Shown here piece after piece: positions 9,811-19,098 of a DNA stretch of 64,000 nt. Each line of letters begins with the position of its first letter. Within the stretch, counting starts at the first letter, position 1. Under the pieces are notes generated by a model. The model worked only from the letters and a program-made list of their open reading frames with translations, was not told where the DNA came from and did not search any database. Source of the DNA: an uncultured Candidatus Saccharibacteria bacterium (GTDB lineage Bacteria > Patescibacteriota > Minisyncoccia > Phycocordibacterales > Zambryskibacteraceae); the NCBI GenBank assembly GCA_964504255.1, contig CAZDDU010000001.1:99512-163511 (forward strand), read 5' to 3'. A program made the position numbers and the translations under genes.

Positions 9811-10173
9811 CTAGTCAGAATATGGTGGATTCAGAAGCTTGAGTTCGTAGAGCTCACCGACGATGAATTTGATCAGGTACTCGGCAGCATCATCGTGGTA
9901 CATCTCTAGGAGTTCCTCAGCTCGATCGAGGAATGTGAGGATGTGTCCCGCGGTGGGCCCCTCCTTGCTCGCGTTCGTCAGAGACTCATTCTCATGGCCC
10001 CAACAGCGTAGTGCCCCACGGTACTTTGTAATGAGTGAGCGGAGCATGATGCGTTTGTCGCTCCTTCGTATGTCAGCTCGGAGACGCCGACCAGCGTCGT
10101 TGAGGTGGCCCCAGAAACCAAACTTAGCTACCTGCTCTTCGTCAAAACTCGGGGTTGTACCACGGTTGCCCAT
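9811..10173 (-). CDS. Hypothetical protein
   Basis: AGGAGG SD, own promoter and terminator. Confidence 0.65.
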   Translation of the reverse strand: MGNRGTTPSFDEEQVAKFGFWGHLNDAGRRLRADIRRSDKRIMLRSLITKYRGALRCWGHENESLTNASKEGPTAGHILTFLDRAEELLEMYHDDAAEYLIKFIVGELYELKLLNPPYSD

Positions 10174-10268
10174 TAACTCCTCCTGTAAGGTTCAAGATTC
10201 TTCAGTCAGCCTACTCTCAAAATTAAAAAATGCAAAAGAAAAACTCCGATACTGTCGGAGTTTTGTAT

Positions 10269-10772
10269 CTAGCTCAGCTTCGCTTCATCCCAGGGCCATT
10301 TGGGGAGCCAAGCTTTGCAGAACTTGAGTGCCGCCTTGCGAATGGTTTTTGAGTGGACCCTCTTCTTTTCTGAATCGTCCTCGAAACTGTAGCTAAACTT
10401 CGGGGTGATAAAGTACACAGCGTCTTTCTCTTCAGGTAGATAGATCAGTATCGCTGGGCACTTACCGTCTTCACCTTTTCGATAGAAACGGCCCTTGAAC
10501 CCGAGTGTCTTAGCAAAGGCGGGGAAGTGTTCATGAAGTTCATCCGGAGAAATTGGGATCAATGCCCCTAATGCCTCATGGTATTGACCAATAGCCATGA
10601 GACACAAATGAACTCTTTCGTAGGCCAGCCTTTGGTGAACCGTTAGAGACTTGAGGTAATTAACGCGCTTCTCCACTTTCTTCTTTCGCGTGTTCGCGGA
10701 CGCCTTATTAGCATGGGGGTTCCATCTGCTCCAGCCCACTGCATGTTCGCGCTCATCATGACACAGTGCCAT
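10269..10772 (-). CDS. Hypothetical protein
   Basis: GGAG SD, own promoter and terminator. Confidence 0.65.
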   Translation of the reverse strand: MALCHDEREHAVGWSRWNPHANKASANTRKKKVEKRVNYLKSLTVHQRLAYERVHLCLMAIGQYHEALGALIPISPDELHEHFPAFAKTLGFKGRFYRKGEDGKCPAILIYLPEEKDAVYFITPKFSYSFEDDSEKKRVHSKTIRKAALKFCKAWLPKWPWDEAKLS

Positions 10773-10903
10773 TTTGTCTCCAAGTGTGGGTTCGTTTCTA
10801 TTTTTAGAATACTCTCAAAATTAAAAAATGCAAAAGAAAAATCCCCTAAGCCGGGCCTGGGGGATTGAAGGAATGTCCTCGTTGTGAGGATTGGAACAGA
10901 GCT

Positions 10904-11215
10904 TTAGTGGCGTCCGGGCGCGACGACGTTCAGAACAACCTTCTTCCATTCGGGAGAAGTATTGGCCTTGTCGTTGTCCAATGCCGCCTTGTACACTTCG
11001 TAGCTCTGTGCGGCAAGACCGAGCTGACGAGCTTCTCGGACAACATGGCGGCACTGGTTGTTGTGCTGCCGCCACTCTTCGGCCTCGGCCATTCTGCGCC
11101 GGAATGATTCCGCGTCTCCATCGTTTGGGTGATCTTCCTCGGTCAAGATGGAACGGAGCCCAATTCCGAAGAGACGGAGGAAGGCGTTGAGATGAATCTT
11201 CAAACCTATGAACAT
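10904..11215 (-). CDS. Hypothetical protein
   Basis: TTGACA promoter, AGGAG SD before ATG at 11215. Confidence 0.55.
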   Translation of the reverse strand: MFIGLKIHLNAFLRLFGIGLRSILTEEDHPNDGDAESFRRRMAEAEEWRQHNNQCRHVVREARQLGLAAQSYEVYKAALDNDKANTSPEWKKVVLNVVAPGRH

Positions 11216-11346
11216 AACAGTGCTCCTATATGTGAGTTCTACATTAATAGAATCACACATCATTAAAATTGTCAAGCTACCACAATATAGAACTACTATG
11301 AGGAGGGTTAGTGGAGAAGAGGCTGTGGCGCAGATGAGTACATCTG

Positions 11347-11465
11347 CATCCTACCAAAATATAGAAAAGCCCCGCTCATGCGGGGTTTTCTTATTTTGGT
11401 GGACTTAGTTAGCGAAAATTGGAATATGCTCCATCTATGGGTTTTCGAAGCCTCTGAGGTGATTT
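11347..11465 (+). repeat. tmRNA-array junction copy 1 (terminator block + TGGTGGA + ~62-bp conserved arm)
   Basis: 11347-11403 nearly identical to the block abutting the tmRNA 3' end (~14269-14325); right arm repeated at 12238, 12884, 13255. Confidence 0.9.
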
Positions 11466-11492
11466 CCAGCTCAAATGATAGAATTATCTATC

Positions 11493-12200
11493 ATGAGTTA
11501 TGAAAGCCTAAATTCTGATCTCGACAAACAAGAATTTCTATTTCTGAGTGAGAAAGATCAGCAAGTCTTAAAAGAAGGGGGGCGAAAGGTTGTGGAACTT
11601 TTACTTAAAGACTTTACAGATGAATTACCCAAAGCAATAATTTTCCCTGATACTTCCGCGAGGCCTCTCGCTCACATGTTTCTGCCTATTTTAAGGAAGT
11701 TGTCAGAAGAAAGGGGGCAAGAGATTCCGTCTTTTTATTTTTTCCAACAGGTCCATGGTGACCCATCAAATATAGAGAGAGCTGAAGAGATCCTGGATTA
11801 TGAGGGAAGGGGCTCTAAACTGGAAGAATTTTTAAAGAAGTTTCTATTTAAAGATGGTGGTGGGATAGCAATTATTGATGATTATGTCAGTGCAGAAGCA
11901 AACACTATAGGTAAAATCAGACACGCATTTGGTGACAAAAATATCCCTGCTTATGCAGTGATTGGACAGGTAAATTTTTTTCCTGATTTTGCCAAGATAA
12001 ATGTTGGGTTGCTTGATCCATATGCATCTCGTCCAGGAAGATTGTCAAAAGGTTTCGATTACAGAGAAAGTAATGCTATTGGAGTAAGTAAGGATTCTAA
12101 CTCGATCTATGTATCTAAAAATGAAAGTGTTGGGGAGGATGTTACCAAGCTGAGATCTGATATGAAAAAAGTGGGTGAGGAAATTGCTTCTGGTCTATAG
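11493..12200 (+). CDS. Hypothetical protein, possible phosphoribosyltransferase-like fold
   Basis: FPDTSARP and IAIIDDYV resemble PRTase motifs; AT-rich cargo. Confidence 0.6.
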   Translation: MSYESLNSDLDKQEFLFLSEKDQQVLKEGGRKVVELLLKDFTDELPKAIIFPDTSARPLAHMFLPILRKLSEERGQEIPSFYFFQQVHGDPSNIERAEEILDYEGRGSKLEEFLKKFLFKDGGGIAIIDDYVSAEANTIGKIRHAFGDKNIPAYAVIGQVNFFPDFAKINVGLLDPYASRPGRLSKGFDYRESNAIGVSKDSNSIYVSKNESVGEDVTKLRSDMKKVGEEIASGL

Positions 12201-12303
12201 CACAAAACCCACCATGAAGGTGGGTCGTGTTATCTGGGGACTTAGTTAGTGAAAATTGGAATATGCTCCATCTTTGGATTTTTGAAGTCTCTGAGGCGAT
12301 TTT
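12201..12303 (+). repeat. tmRNA-array junction copy 2
   Basis: cacaaaacccaccatgaaggtgggtcgtgttatctgg-ggacttagttagtgaaaattggaatatgctccatc...; near-identical to copy 3. Confidence 0.9.
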
Positions 12304-12368
12304 AAACAAAACAAAAGGAGAGCTGGTTGGGCTCTCCTAAAATCTTTTTGGACCAGAGCACTTTCATG

Positions 12369-12650
12369 CTACTCAGGCTTCGTCTTCTTGAATCGCTCGT
12401 CCTTCTCTGCGAGCCAAGTTTCAAGGGCACCGAAGAGTTCTCCGGATTTCACGCCCAGGAGTGTGTGTGGTGGAACTAAGAGAGCATCTTTAGTTCCGTA
12501 AGTCACGTGCCGCTCCTCGCAGATTGCCCTGCCGACCGCTTCAGCGCGCTCGCGGTATTCGCGGTAGAAGTCGGGGTCACTTCCGAAGAGAGTAGTTACA
12601 ACGCCCACTAGTTGAACAGCTTCTATCACATCACTCACAGTTCTTGTCAT
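12369..12650 (-). CDS. Hypothetical protein
   Basis: TTGACA promoter, AGGAG SD, terminator downstream. Confidence 0.6.
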   Translation of the reverse strand: MTRTVSDVIEAVQLVGVVTTLFGSDPDFYREYRERAEAVGRAICEERHVTYGTKDALLVPPHTLLGVKSGELFGALETWLAEKDERFKKTKPE

Positions 12651-12840
12651 GGGGGCTCCTTTGGAGATGGTTCTACCAACATAAAATCACAATCAAAAAA
12701 GTATGTCAATAGTGGTGGAGATGGGCGGACGCTTAGCTATCTCACTCCTCGGAAACCCACGGTTTTCCGAATCCTTCCTCCACGGGAGACCAGAGTGTTC
12801 TCCCGACCCCTCTCCAAGGTTCGATTCCATCACTACTAGC

Positions 12841-12947
12841 AGATAACACAAAACTCACCATGAAGGTGGGTCGTGTTATCTGGGGACTTAGTTAGTGAAA
12901 ATTGGAATATGCTCCATCTTTGGATTTTTGAAGTCTCTGAGGCGATT
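12841..12947 (+). repeat. tmRNA-array junction copy 3
   Basis: Near-identical to copy 2. Confidence 0.9.
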
Positions 12948-12974
12948 ATAGGCTAACGGTGTTAATATGATTGT

Positions 12975-13235
12975 ATGAATTTTGAAAAACCAATAACACA
13001 GGAATCTAACAAGAGGGAAGTTTTTATTAATAAGCTTCGTGAAGAAGTGGGTAGGCTAGTGGAAGCAGGAAGACTTACTCAAGAGCAAGCAGATGAGAAG
13101 ATTGCTAACGCAGAAAAGATTGAGGAGGGTCTTTCTGAAACTCCTGAAGTAGACGCAGAGATATTCGCAATTGCTGGAATATCTACGGAGGCAGAAATGA
13201 TTCAATTGTTAGGAAAAAGAAAAACTGACATTTAG
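12975..13235 (+). CDS. Hypothetical acidic helical protein
   Basis: 86-aa ORF filling the space between junctions 3 and 4. Confidence 0.6.
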   Translation: MNFEKPITQESNKREVFINKLREEVGRLVEAGRLTQEQADEKIANAEKIEEGLSETPEVDAEIFAIAGISTEAEMIQLLGKRKTDI

Positions 13236-13241
13236 TCAGTC

Positions 13242-13320
13242 TTCTTATTTTGGTGGACTTAGTTAGCGAAAATTGGAATATGCTCCATCTATGGGTTTTC
13301 GAAGCCTCTGAGGCGATTTT
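13242..13320 (+). repeat. tmRNA-array junction copy 4
   Basis: ttcttattttggtggacttagttagcgaaaattgg... matches copy 1. Confidence 0.9.
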
Positions 13321-13545
13321 CAAAAATGGCTCTAAATAGGGGTTTTGAACTACCTTTGTTTCAGTGCAGGGTATCTATTGACAGACAGCTCTTACTATGC
13401 TATACTTATTAGGTAAAGTAAGTTCTTTGAAAGATGTCATCCTGTTGAGTTTGGAAGAAGGGACGTAATTGACTTGCTGGCGAAACAGCTAAGCCGATTA
13501 TAGATTTTCTTCCAAACTCAACTCAACCCACAGGAGAAGCATACA

Positions 13546-13944
13546 ATGATTAAGTTCGTTACCACCTACCACGGCATGCACCTCAATGTCTTCCTGGTTG
13601 TCGACCAGGACCAAGCCTACCTTTTGTGCTATGAGCACGAGACGGATGAGTTCGGTTACATGTGTCCTTGTTGCATGAACGACAGTCATCGTCGAGCCAT
13701 CATGGACACGGTGAGTGAGGCTATCCGTGATGGTAACGTGAAGGGGACAGTCTTGTGGTGCAGCCACAAGAATGACTCTCCTCACCTCGGCGAAAACTTG
13801 GGCCACTATGCTCCCTTGGAGCAACGCATGTTCAAGGGTGGTTCGGCGAAAGGAATTTCTGCCGAAACTAAGGCCCTCATTCGTGAGGAAGCTTTGCGTC
13901 AGGTGGCTGTGGGAGCCATCAAGGATTTTGCGCCGCGAACGTAA
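13546..13944 (+). CDS. Hypothetical protein with CPCC motif
   Basis: TTGACA-17-TATACT promoter at ~13378-13406, AGGAG SD, terminator at ~14005-14040. Confidence 0.65.
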   Translation: MIKFVTTYHGMHLNVFLVVDQDQAYLLCYEHETDEFGYMCPCCMNDSHRRAIMDTVSEAIRDGNVKGTVLWCSHKNDSPHLGENLGHYAPLEQRMFKGGSAKGISAETKALIREEALRQVAVGAIKDFAPRT

Positions 13945-14318
13945 TAGCGGTAAACCCACTCGGTGAAGTAACCTACGAGTTCAATCCTCGTAAAACTTTC
14001 AAACAGAACGCACGACCTTAGGGTACGGCGTTCTTTTTCTTTGAATAAAACTATACCTCAAAGAAACAAGAGCTTGAGGGCAGTGGCTTTAATAGCTAAT
14101 AGAAAAGAAATGAACAGTCCACAAAATATCACAAGCTAAACTCGGGAAAGTCTTTCGAGATACTTTCGCGGGCAGATGTGGCTTTAATGAAGCGTCCCGA
14201 TATGCGCAAGCTTATCGAGTATATTGAATCCACCACCTCAGTTGGTGTGGCGTCGCATAGTAATGCGACATCCTACCAAAATATAGAAAAACCCCGCTCA
14301 TGCGGGGTTTTCTTATTT

Positions 14319-14711
14319 TGGTGGAGATGGGCGGAATCGAACCGCCGTGCAAAGATGAATCAGAGTGAGGTCTACATGAGGTAGACTGCTTCATTTGGTT
14401 TCAAACATTAAGATACAAAACAGACGAAAGCTCTTAATGCTCTATCCTCGAGTGTTAGAAGGAGAGTGAGGAGGCTCTACTTCGAGTCCAAAGTATTCCA
14501 CAACTTTCAAGCCCTTGGACAAAGCTTGAGGTCATGCGCACATGCGAGCTTACGCTCTAGCGTATGCGAACTGGAAGTCCTTCATACCGAAGTATGGAGA
14601 AATCCTAGCAAAAGAATCTTTTGCAGTTGAGTTTTGAGAGGGATTTAAGAGTCCTCTCGGCTCTCTCACGCGTCACTCTGATGGTCGTCCTTGTCTAGGC
14701 CGATCATCCCC
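14319..14711 (-). ncRNA. ssrA: tmRNA
   Basis: 5' GGGGATG pairs with 3' CATCTCC-ACCA, T-loop GGTTCGATTC, tag ORF 14624-14550 (AKDSFARISPYFGMKDFQFAYARA*), adjacent smpB. Confidence 0.95.
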
Positions 14712-14726
14712 GTATTTAAATGTAAG

Positions 14727-15164
14727 TTACAAACTTCTCTTTAGGTCTCTCTCGGTGTCGCGCTTCTTGATCGATTCGCGTTTGTCGAATTCCTTCTTAC
14801 CGCGAGCAATAGCGACGCGACACTTGATAAACCTACCTTTATTATACACCGTAATTGGCACAATTGTCAAGCCCTTGGTGGCCTCGGCTGTGGCGAGTTT
14901 CGAGAGCTCGTCTTTGGTCATGAGGAGCTTCCTAACTCTTTTAGGGTCGTAGTCTGTCTTAAGATTTTTGGGCTGGTACGGAGCCACCTCTGCATTGAGG
15001 AGGAAGGCCTCTCCACCTCGGACCGAGACGAAGGAGCCGGCGAGACTCATCTTCCCAGCACGAACACTCTTCACCTCGGGACCATCTAGTTCGAGCCCCG
15101 CCTCGAACTCTTCCATAAGTTCGTAGTCGAAGCGTGCCTTCCTGTTCTCTGCGTAATTACTCAT
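14727..15164 (-). CDS. smpB: SsrA-binding protein
   Basis: NRKARFDY, EAGLEL.G.EVKS, RGKK.FDKRE. Confidence 0.97.
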   Translation of the reverse strand: MSNYAENRKARFDYELMEEFEAGLELDGPEVKSVRAGKMSLAGSFVSVRGGEAFLLNAEVAPYQPKNLKTDYDPKRVRKLLMTKDELSKLATAEATKGLTIVPITVYNKGRFIKCRVAIARGKKEFDKRESIKKRDTERDLKRSL

Positions 15165-15209
15165 GGTGTCATCATAGCAAAACCTAGATTTTTCGGTATA
15201 ATTCGGTGA

Positions 15210-17147
15210 ATGTCAGAGAACAAAAACCAGCATAATAAGAAGAAGATCATCATCACTAAGTCAGGTGGTAAGGGCAAGATACCCGAGAGCTTCGCCAGAC
15301 AAGCAATTCTCACGGTCTTCATCTTCTTCGTCATTACCAGTCTCTACTCTTATATCAATGGCAGTGGAGAGAAGCCGGCTGAGATACCGCTATCTGTCCT
15401 TGCTCAGGATGTGGTTGCTGAGTTGGTACAGAAGATCGAGGTGAAGGGTGACGAGCTCATCATCACCTACAAGGATGAGACACAGAAGATCTCTAAGAAG
15501 GAGGAGGGAGCACCACTCACCACCACTCTCGCTAACTATGATGTCACCAAGGAGGCACTTGCTGGTGTAGAGGTCTCTATAATCTCAGACCGTGGAGCCG
15601 GCTTCTGGATCCTCTCACTCACACCCATCATCCTCCCAATTATTTTTGTTATCTTCTTTGTTTGGTTCCTTTCGAGACAAGTTAAGGGTGCGGGGATGCA
15701 AGCCTTCACCTTCGGACAGTCGAAGGCGAGGATGATCCATCCAGACGACAAGGTGAGTCGCATTACATTTAAGGATGTAGCGGGTGCCAAGGAAGCTAAG
15801 GAAGAACTAAGTGAGATAGTCGACTTCTTGAAGAATCCAAAAAAGTTTTTAGAAATTGGCGCGAGGATTCCTAAAGGTATTCTTCTCATGGGTGCACCAG
15901 GTACAGGCAAGACCTTGCTTGCACGAGCGGTGGCGGGGGAGGCTGGAGTGGCCTTCTTCTCCATTTCGGGTTCTGAGTTTGTCGAGATGTTTGTCGGAGT
16001 GGGAGCGTCACGAGTACGCGATCTTTTCGACATGGCGAAGAAGTCAGCACCAGCAATTATTTTCGTCGATGAGATTGATGCAGTAGGCCGAGTGCGTGGT
16101 GGTGGTATGGGCGGAGGGAACGACGAGAGGGAGCAGACTCTAAACCAAATCCTAGTCGAGATGGATGGCTTCGAACCGAACGAGAAGGTAATAGTCATGG
16201 CCGCGACGAATAGACCCGATGTCCTTGACCCCGCGTTACTTCGACCTGGTCGCTTTGATCGTCGTGTTACTCTCGACCTACCAGACCGATCTGATCGCGA
16301 GGAGATTTTGAAAATACATGCGAGGAAGAAGCCTCTGGCTGAGGATGTGAACTTGATCCTCATTGCCGAGCGAACACCAGGCTTCTCTGGTGCCGACCTC
16401 TACTCGCTGATGAACGAAGCGGCGATACTCGCCGCTAGGGAGAATAGGACTAAGGTGTCTCAGTTTGATTTGATCCGCTCGATAGAGAAGGTGATGCTTG
16501 GTCCAGAGAGGAAGAGCCATATTCTGAGCAAGAAGGAGAAGGAGTTGACCGCCTACCACGAAGCAGGGCACGCCATCGTTGCATCTGTCCTTCCATACGC
16601 GGACCCAGTGCACAAAATTTCTATCATTAGTCGAGGTCGCGCAGCGGGTTATGTTCTTAAGCTACCAATTGAGGACAGAAAGCTCCAGAGTAAGAAGGAG
16701 TTCTTAGATGACATTGCAGTAGCGCTCGGTGGTTATGTAGTGGAGAAGACGATCTTCGGTGACCTTACTACTGGTCCATCTAACGACCTGCAAGTTGCCT
16801 CAGCTCTAGCTCGGGATATGGTGGCGAAGTATGGCATGAGCGAGAAGTTGGGTGCCGTAGCGTTCGAGAGTCAGCCTGGTAGACCAATGTTTGGTCAACG
16901 CCTAGAGGAGAAGGGTTATTCGGAAGAGGTGGGGGCGAAGATAGATGCAGAAGTTTCTAAAATAATTGATGACTCAATGAAGAGGGCACACGAGATCATT
17001 ACTACTCATCGTGAGGCATTGAATGATATTGCGAAGACTCTGATAGAAGTCGAGACAATAGAGCAGAAGCAGTTTGAAGAGATCTTAGTGAGGAACAAGA
17101 TCAAGCCTAAGAAGAAGCTCGATATAGAGCATCAGCCTCTAGTGTAG
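15210..17147 (+). CDS. ftsH: ATP-dependent zinc metalloprotease FtsH
   Basis: [22 protein letters not shown]. Confidence 0.98.
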   Translation: MSENKNQHNKKKIIITKSGGKGKIPESFARQAILTVFIFFVITSLYSYINGSGEKPAEIPLSVLAQDVVAELVQKIEVKGDELIITYKDETQKISKKEEGAPLTTTLANYDVTKEALAGVEVSIISDRGAGFWILSLTPIILPIIFVIFFVWFLSRQVKGAGMQAFTFGQSKARMIHPDDKVSRITFKDVAGAKEAKEELSEIVDFLKNPKKFLEIGARIPKGILLMGAPGTGKTLLARAVAGEAGVAFFSISGSEFVEMFVGVGASRVRDLFDMAKKSAPAIIFVDEIDAVGRVRGGGMGGGNDEREQTLNQILVEMDGFEPNEKVIVMAATNRPDVLDPALLRPGRFDRRVTLDLPDRSDREEILKIHARKKPLAEDVNLILIAERTPGFSGADLYSLMNEAAILAARENRTKVSQFDLIRSIEKVMLGPERKSHILSKKEKELTAYHEAGHAIVASVLPYADPVHKISIISRGRAAGYVLKLPIEDRKLQSKKEFLDDIAVALGGYVVEKTIFGDLTTGPSNDLQVASALARDMVAKYGMSEKLGAVAFESQPGRPMFGQRLEEKGYSEEVGAKIDAEVSKIIDDSMKRAHEIITTHREALNDIAKTLIEVETIEQKQFEEILVRNKIKPKKKLDIEHQPLV

Positions 17148-17151
17148 TAAC

Positions 17152-17187
17152 AAAAAACCGTCCCGAATCTCGGGACGGTTTTTTTTG
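17152..17187. terminator. Bidirectional intrinsic terminator
   Basis: aaaaaaccgtcccga-atc-tcgggacggttttttt. Confidence 0.85.
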
Positions 17188-17207
17188 ATTCTTAAGAATA
17201 CTCTCAA

Positions 17208-17417
17208 CTACATTGTTGAACCAGAAGCGTTGCAGTTTCGGCACATCTTCTTGTGGCCGAAGATCTCAACGATAGCTGAGATACCTACGAGGATGTAGAT
17301 AACCATAGCTACTGTTGGACCAACGAAGTTAGCTAGGTCCCAACTAGACATAAGTCCAGTTAGAAGCCAGTTAAGACCTCCAACAATGAGCAAGATAAAC
17401 GCGATTTTGTGAAGCAT
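17208..17417 (-). CDS. DUF378 family small membrane protein
   Basis: LLIVGGLNWLLTG...IYILVGISA. Confidence 0.85.
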   Translation of the reverse strand: MLHKIAFILLIVGGLNWLLTGLMSSWDLANFVGPTVAMVIYILVGISAIVEIFGHKKMCRNCNASGSTM

Positions 17418-17525
17418 TAAATTAATTAATTTACTTATAACCTCACGGTTAATTATAGCAATATAGATAGTGTTAAGGATGAAGTTTGTCCACAGAGGTT
17501 TTTTGATATATCCTTGTGTAAACAA

Positions 17526-17599
17526 CCGCCCGTAGCTCAGTTGGTTAGAGCACAGAGCTTATACCTCTGGGGTCCTTGGTTCGAATCCAAGCGGGCGGA
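17526..17599 (+). tRNA. tRNA-Ile (anticodon UAU)
   Basis: Cloverleaf; anticodon arm cagag-ctTATac-ctctg; A73. Confidence 0.9.
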
Positions 17600-17638
17600 C
17601 AAGAAAAATCCCCAAACAAAAGTTCGGGGACATGTAAA

Positions 17639-18445
17639 TTACTGATCCTTCATAAGCACGAGGAGTGCGGCTCTTGCTTCCTCGGCACTCTTGTACACCC
17701 TGGTCTTCACAGTGATGTTCGGTACCTTCACTGGATTCGAGAGGACACCCAAGGGTTCTTGTGAGTCTGTGCGTCGAAACATTACTCCAGCAGATGATGT
17801 GATCTTAGTCACTCCATCACGAACGCACATAAGGGACTTAACCTCGTACGAGCTCTCAAGGAAGTACACAGCCTTCTGCTGGCTGAAGTAGTTCACATTC
17901 GCCAGCCCATTCTTCACATCTTTGATCCGCCAGATGTGGTCGTTGCCATACTCCTTCCAGAGTGGTCTGCCAAAGGCATCGAACTCAGTAACTCTCCAGA
18001 AGCCCGAGTAGAAGCGAGTCTTACTCGCAACCTCTAGACCATTCGTTGTGTCACTTGGGTTCTGTACATTCCAGTCGGAGTTTTGAAGCAGGTTTGCCCC
18101 AGTACTACCGTATGGGTAGATGTTGTAACCGTAGTAGTTCCTCGCCGCGATGAAGAAAGTCTTACCCTCTTCGATCATGAAGCTTGTTCTATACTCGTCG
18201 GGCAGACGCCGTATCCACCAAGGTAGACCCAGGTAGTATGCACCTGTGTCTGGTGGGGTAGGACTTACATAGATGTCACTCATCTCGATCCAATAGGGTG
18301 GATTCGAGTCGATCATGATGATGTCGACGACGCACATTTGTTTGGGCTCTTCGGGCTCAATGATCGTCGGCCTCTCCTCAGAAGTGCAGTTGAGCACAAT
18401 GCTGAACAAGAGGAAGAGCAAGATAACTCTGATAACTCGGCGCAT
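17639..18445 (-). CDS. Hypothetical lipoprotein-like protein
   Basis: Basic N-terminus, hydrophobic core, VLNC lipobox-like. Confidence 0.65.
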   Translation of the reverse strand: MRRVIRVILLFLLFSIVLNCTSEERPTIIEPEEPKQMCVVDIIMIDSNPPYWIEMSDIYVSPTPPDTGAYYLGLPWWIRRLPDEYRTSFMIEEGKTFFIAARNYYGYNIYPYGSTGANLLQNSDWNVQNPSDTTNGLEVASKTRFYSGFWRVTEFDAFGRPLWKEYGNDHIWRIKDVKNGLANVNYFSQQKAVYFLESSYEVKSLMCVRDGVTKITSSAGVMFRRTDSQEPLGVLSNPVKVPNITVKTRVYKSAEEARAALLVLMKDQ

Positions 18446-18592
18446 GCTACATCTCCAAGTCGGGGGAGTGTATGAGAAGAACTTCTAGTCGCATATTGCT
18501 CTTCGGTTAGAGCCTTGTCAAACAATTTTTATAAAAAAGCACCCCCGCGACATCTCTGTCGTCAGGGGTTTTCTCTCGGCCGAGCTCTAGGC

Positions 18593-19024
18593 TCAGCCCT
18601 TGCCGAGGGCGGGTACAGCGGTGACGCTGAAGGTGGAGGTCCGCGACGGATTCGATTGATCGTAAACCGAAATCAATGCTTCGCCGGGATTCTTGGCGGC
18701 GAAATCGACGTAGAGTCTCCACGTCACCCGCTCGCAGTTAGGGGAGCACGGCTCGTCCATGGCGGGATACGCATACAAGCGGATCGTCATGTCCGGGTTG
18801 CCCGAGACCTCCTTCACCTTGTAGTCGAGCTGGGGTGCGCGACCGGCTGGGGCGTAGAAGTTCATCGACTGGGAGTGGAAGTTCCCAACCTGGATCTCGA
18901 AGGAGAGCCATTCGAACGGCGGGAGCTCGATCTTCTCCTCGACGACGGGCGCGAGGATCTCCTTGGTGCAGCCGGTGAGCGTGAGCGACATGAAGATCAT
19001 GACGAGCGAGAGCAGACGACGCAT
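18593..19024 (-). CDS. Hypothetical lipoprotein
   Basis: LTGC lipobox; GGAGG SD; TTGACA/TATAAT promoter. Confidence 0.7.
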   Translation of the reverse strand: MRRLLSLVMIFMSLTLTGCTKEILAPVVEEKIELPPFEWLSFEIQVGNFHSQSMNFYAPAGRAPQLDYKVKEVSGNPDMTIRLYAYPAMDEPCSPNCERVTWRLYVDFAAKNPGEALISVYDQSNPSRTSTFSVTAVPALGKG

Positions 19025-19098
19025 GGACTACCTCCGAACGGGGTGGATTTGTTGCGGGGAACTTCTGCCTATATTATATTACACAAATGCCCATTTTG

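Noticed and set aside
11347-13320. CRISPR array or classical integron for the tmRNA-linked repeats
   Set aside because: Repeats are 60-110 bp with gene-sized variable spacers, no cas or intI gene, no RYYYAAC/GTTRRRY attC ends
15536-16363. Long antisense ORFs (here in ftsH; also 18515-19171, 19617-20216 and others)
   Set aside because: Shadows of well-supported genes on the opposite strand
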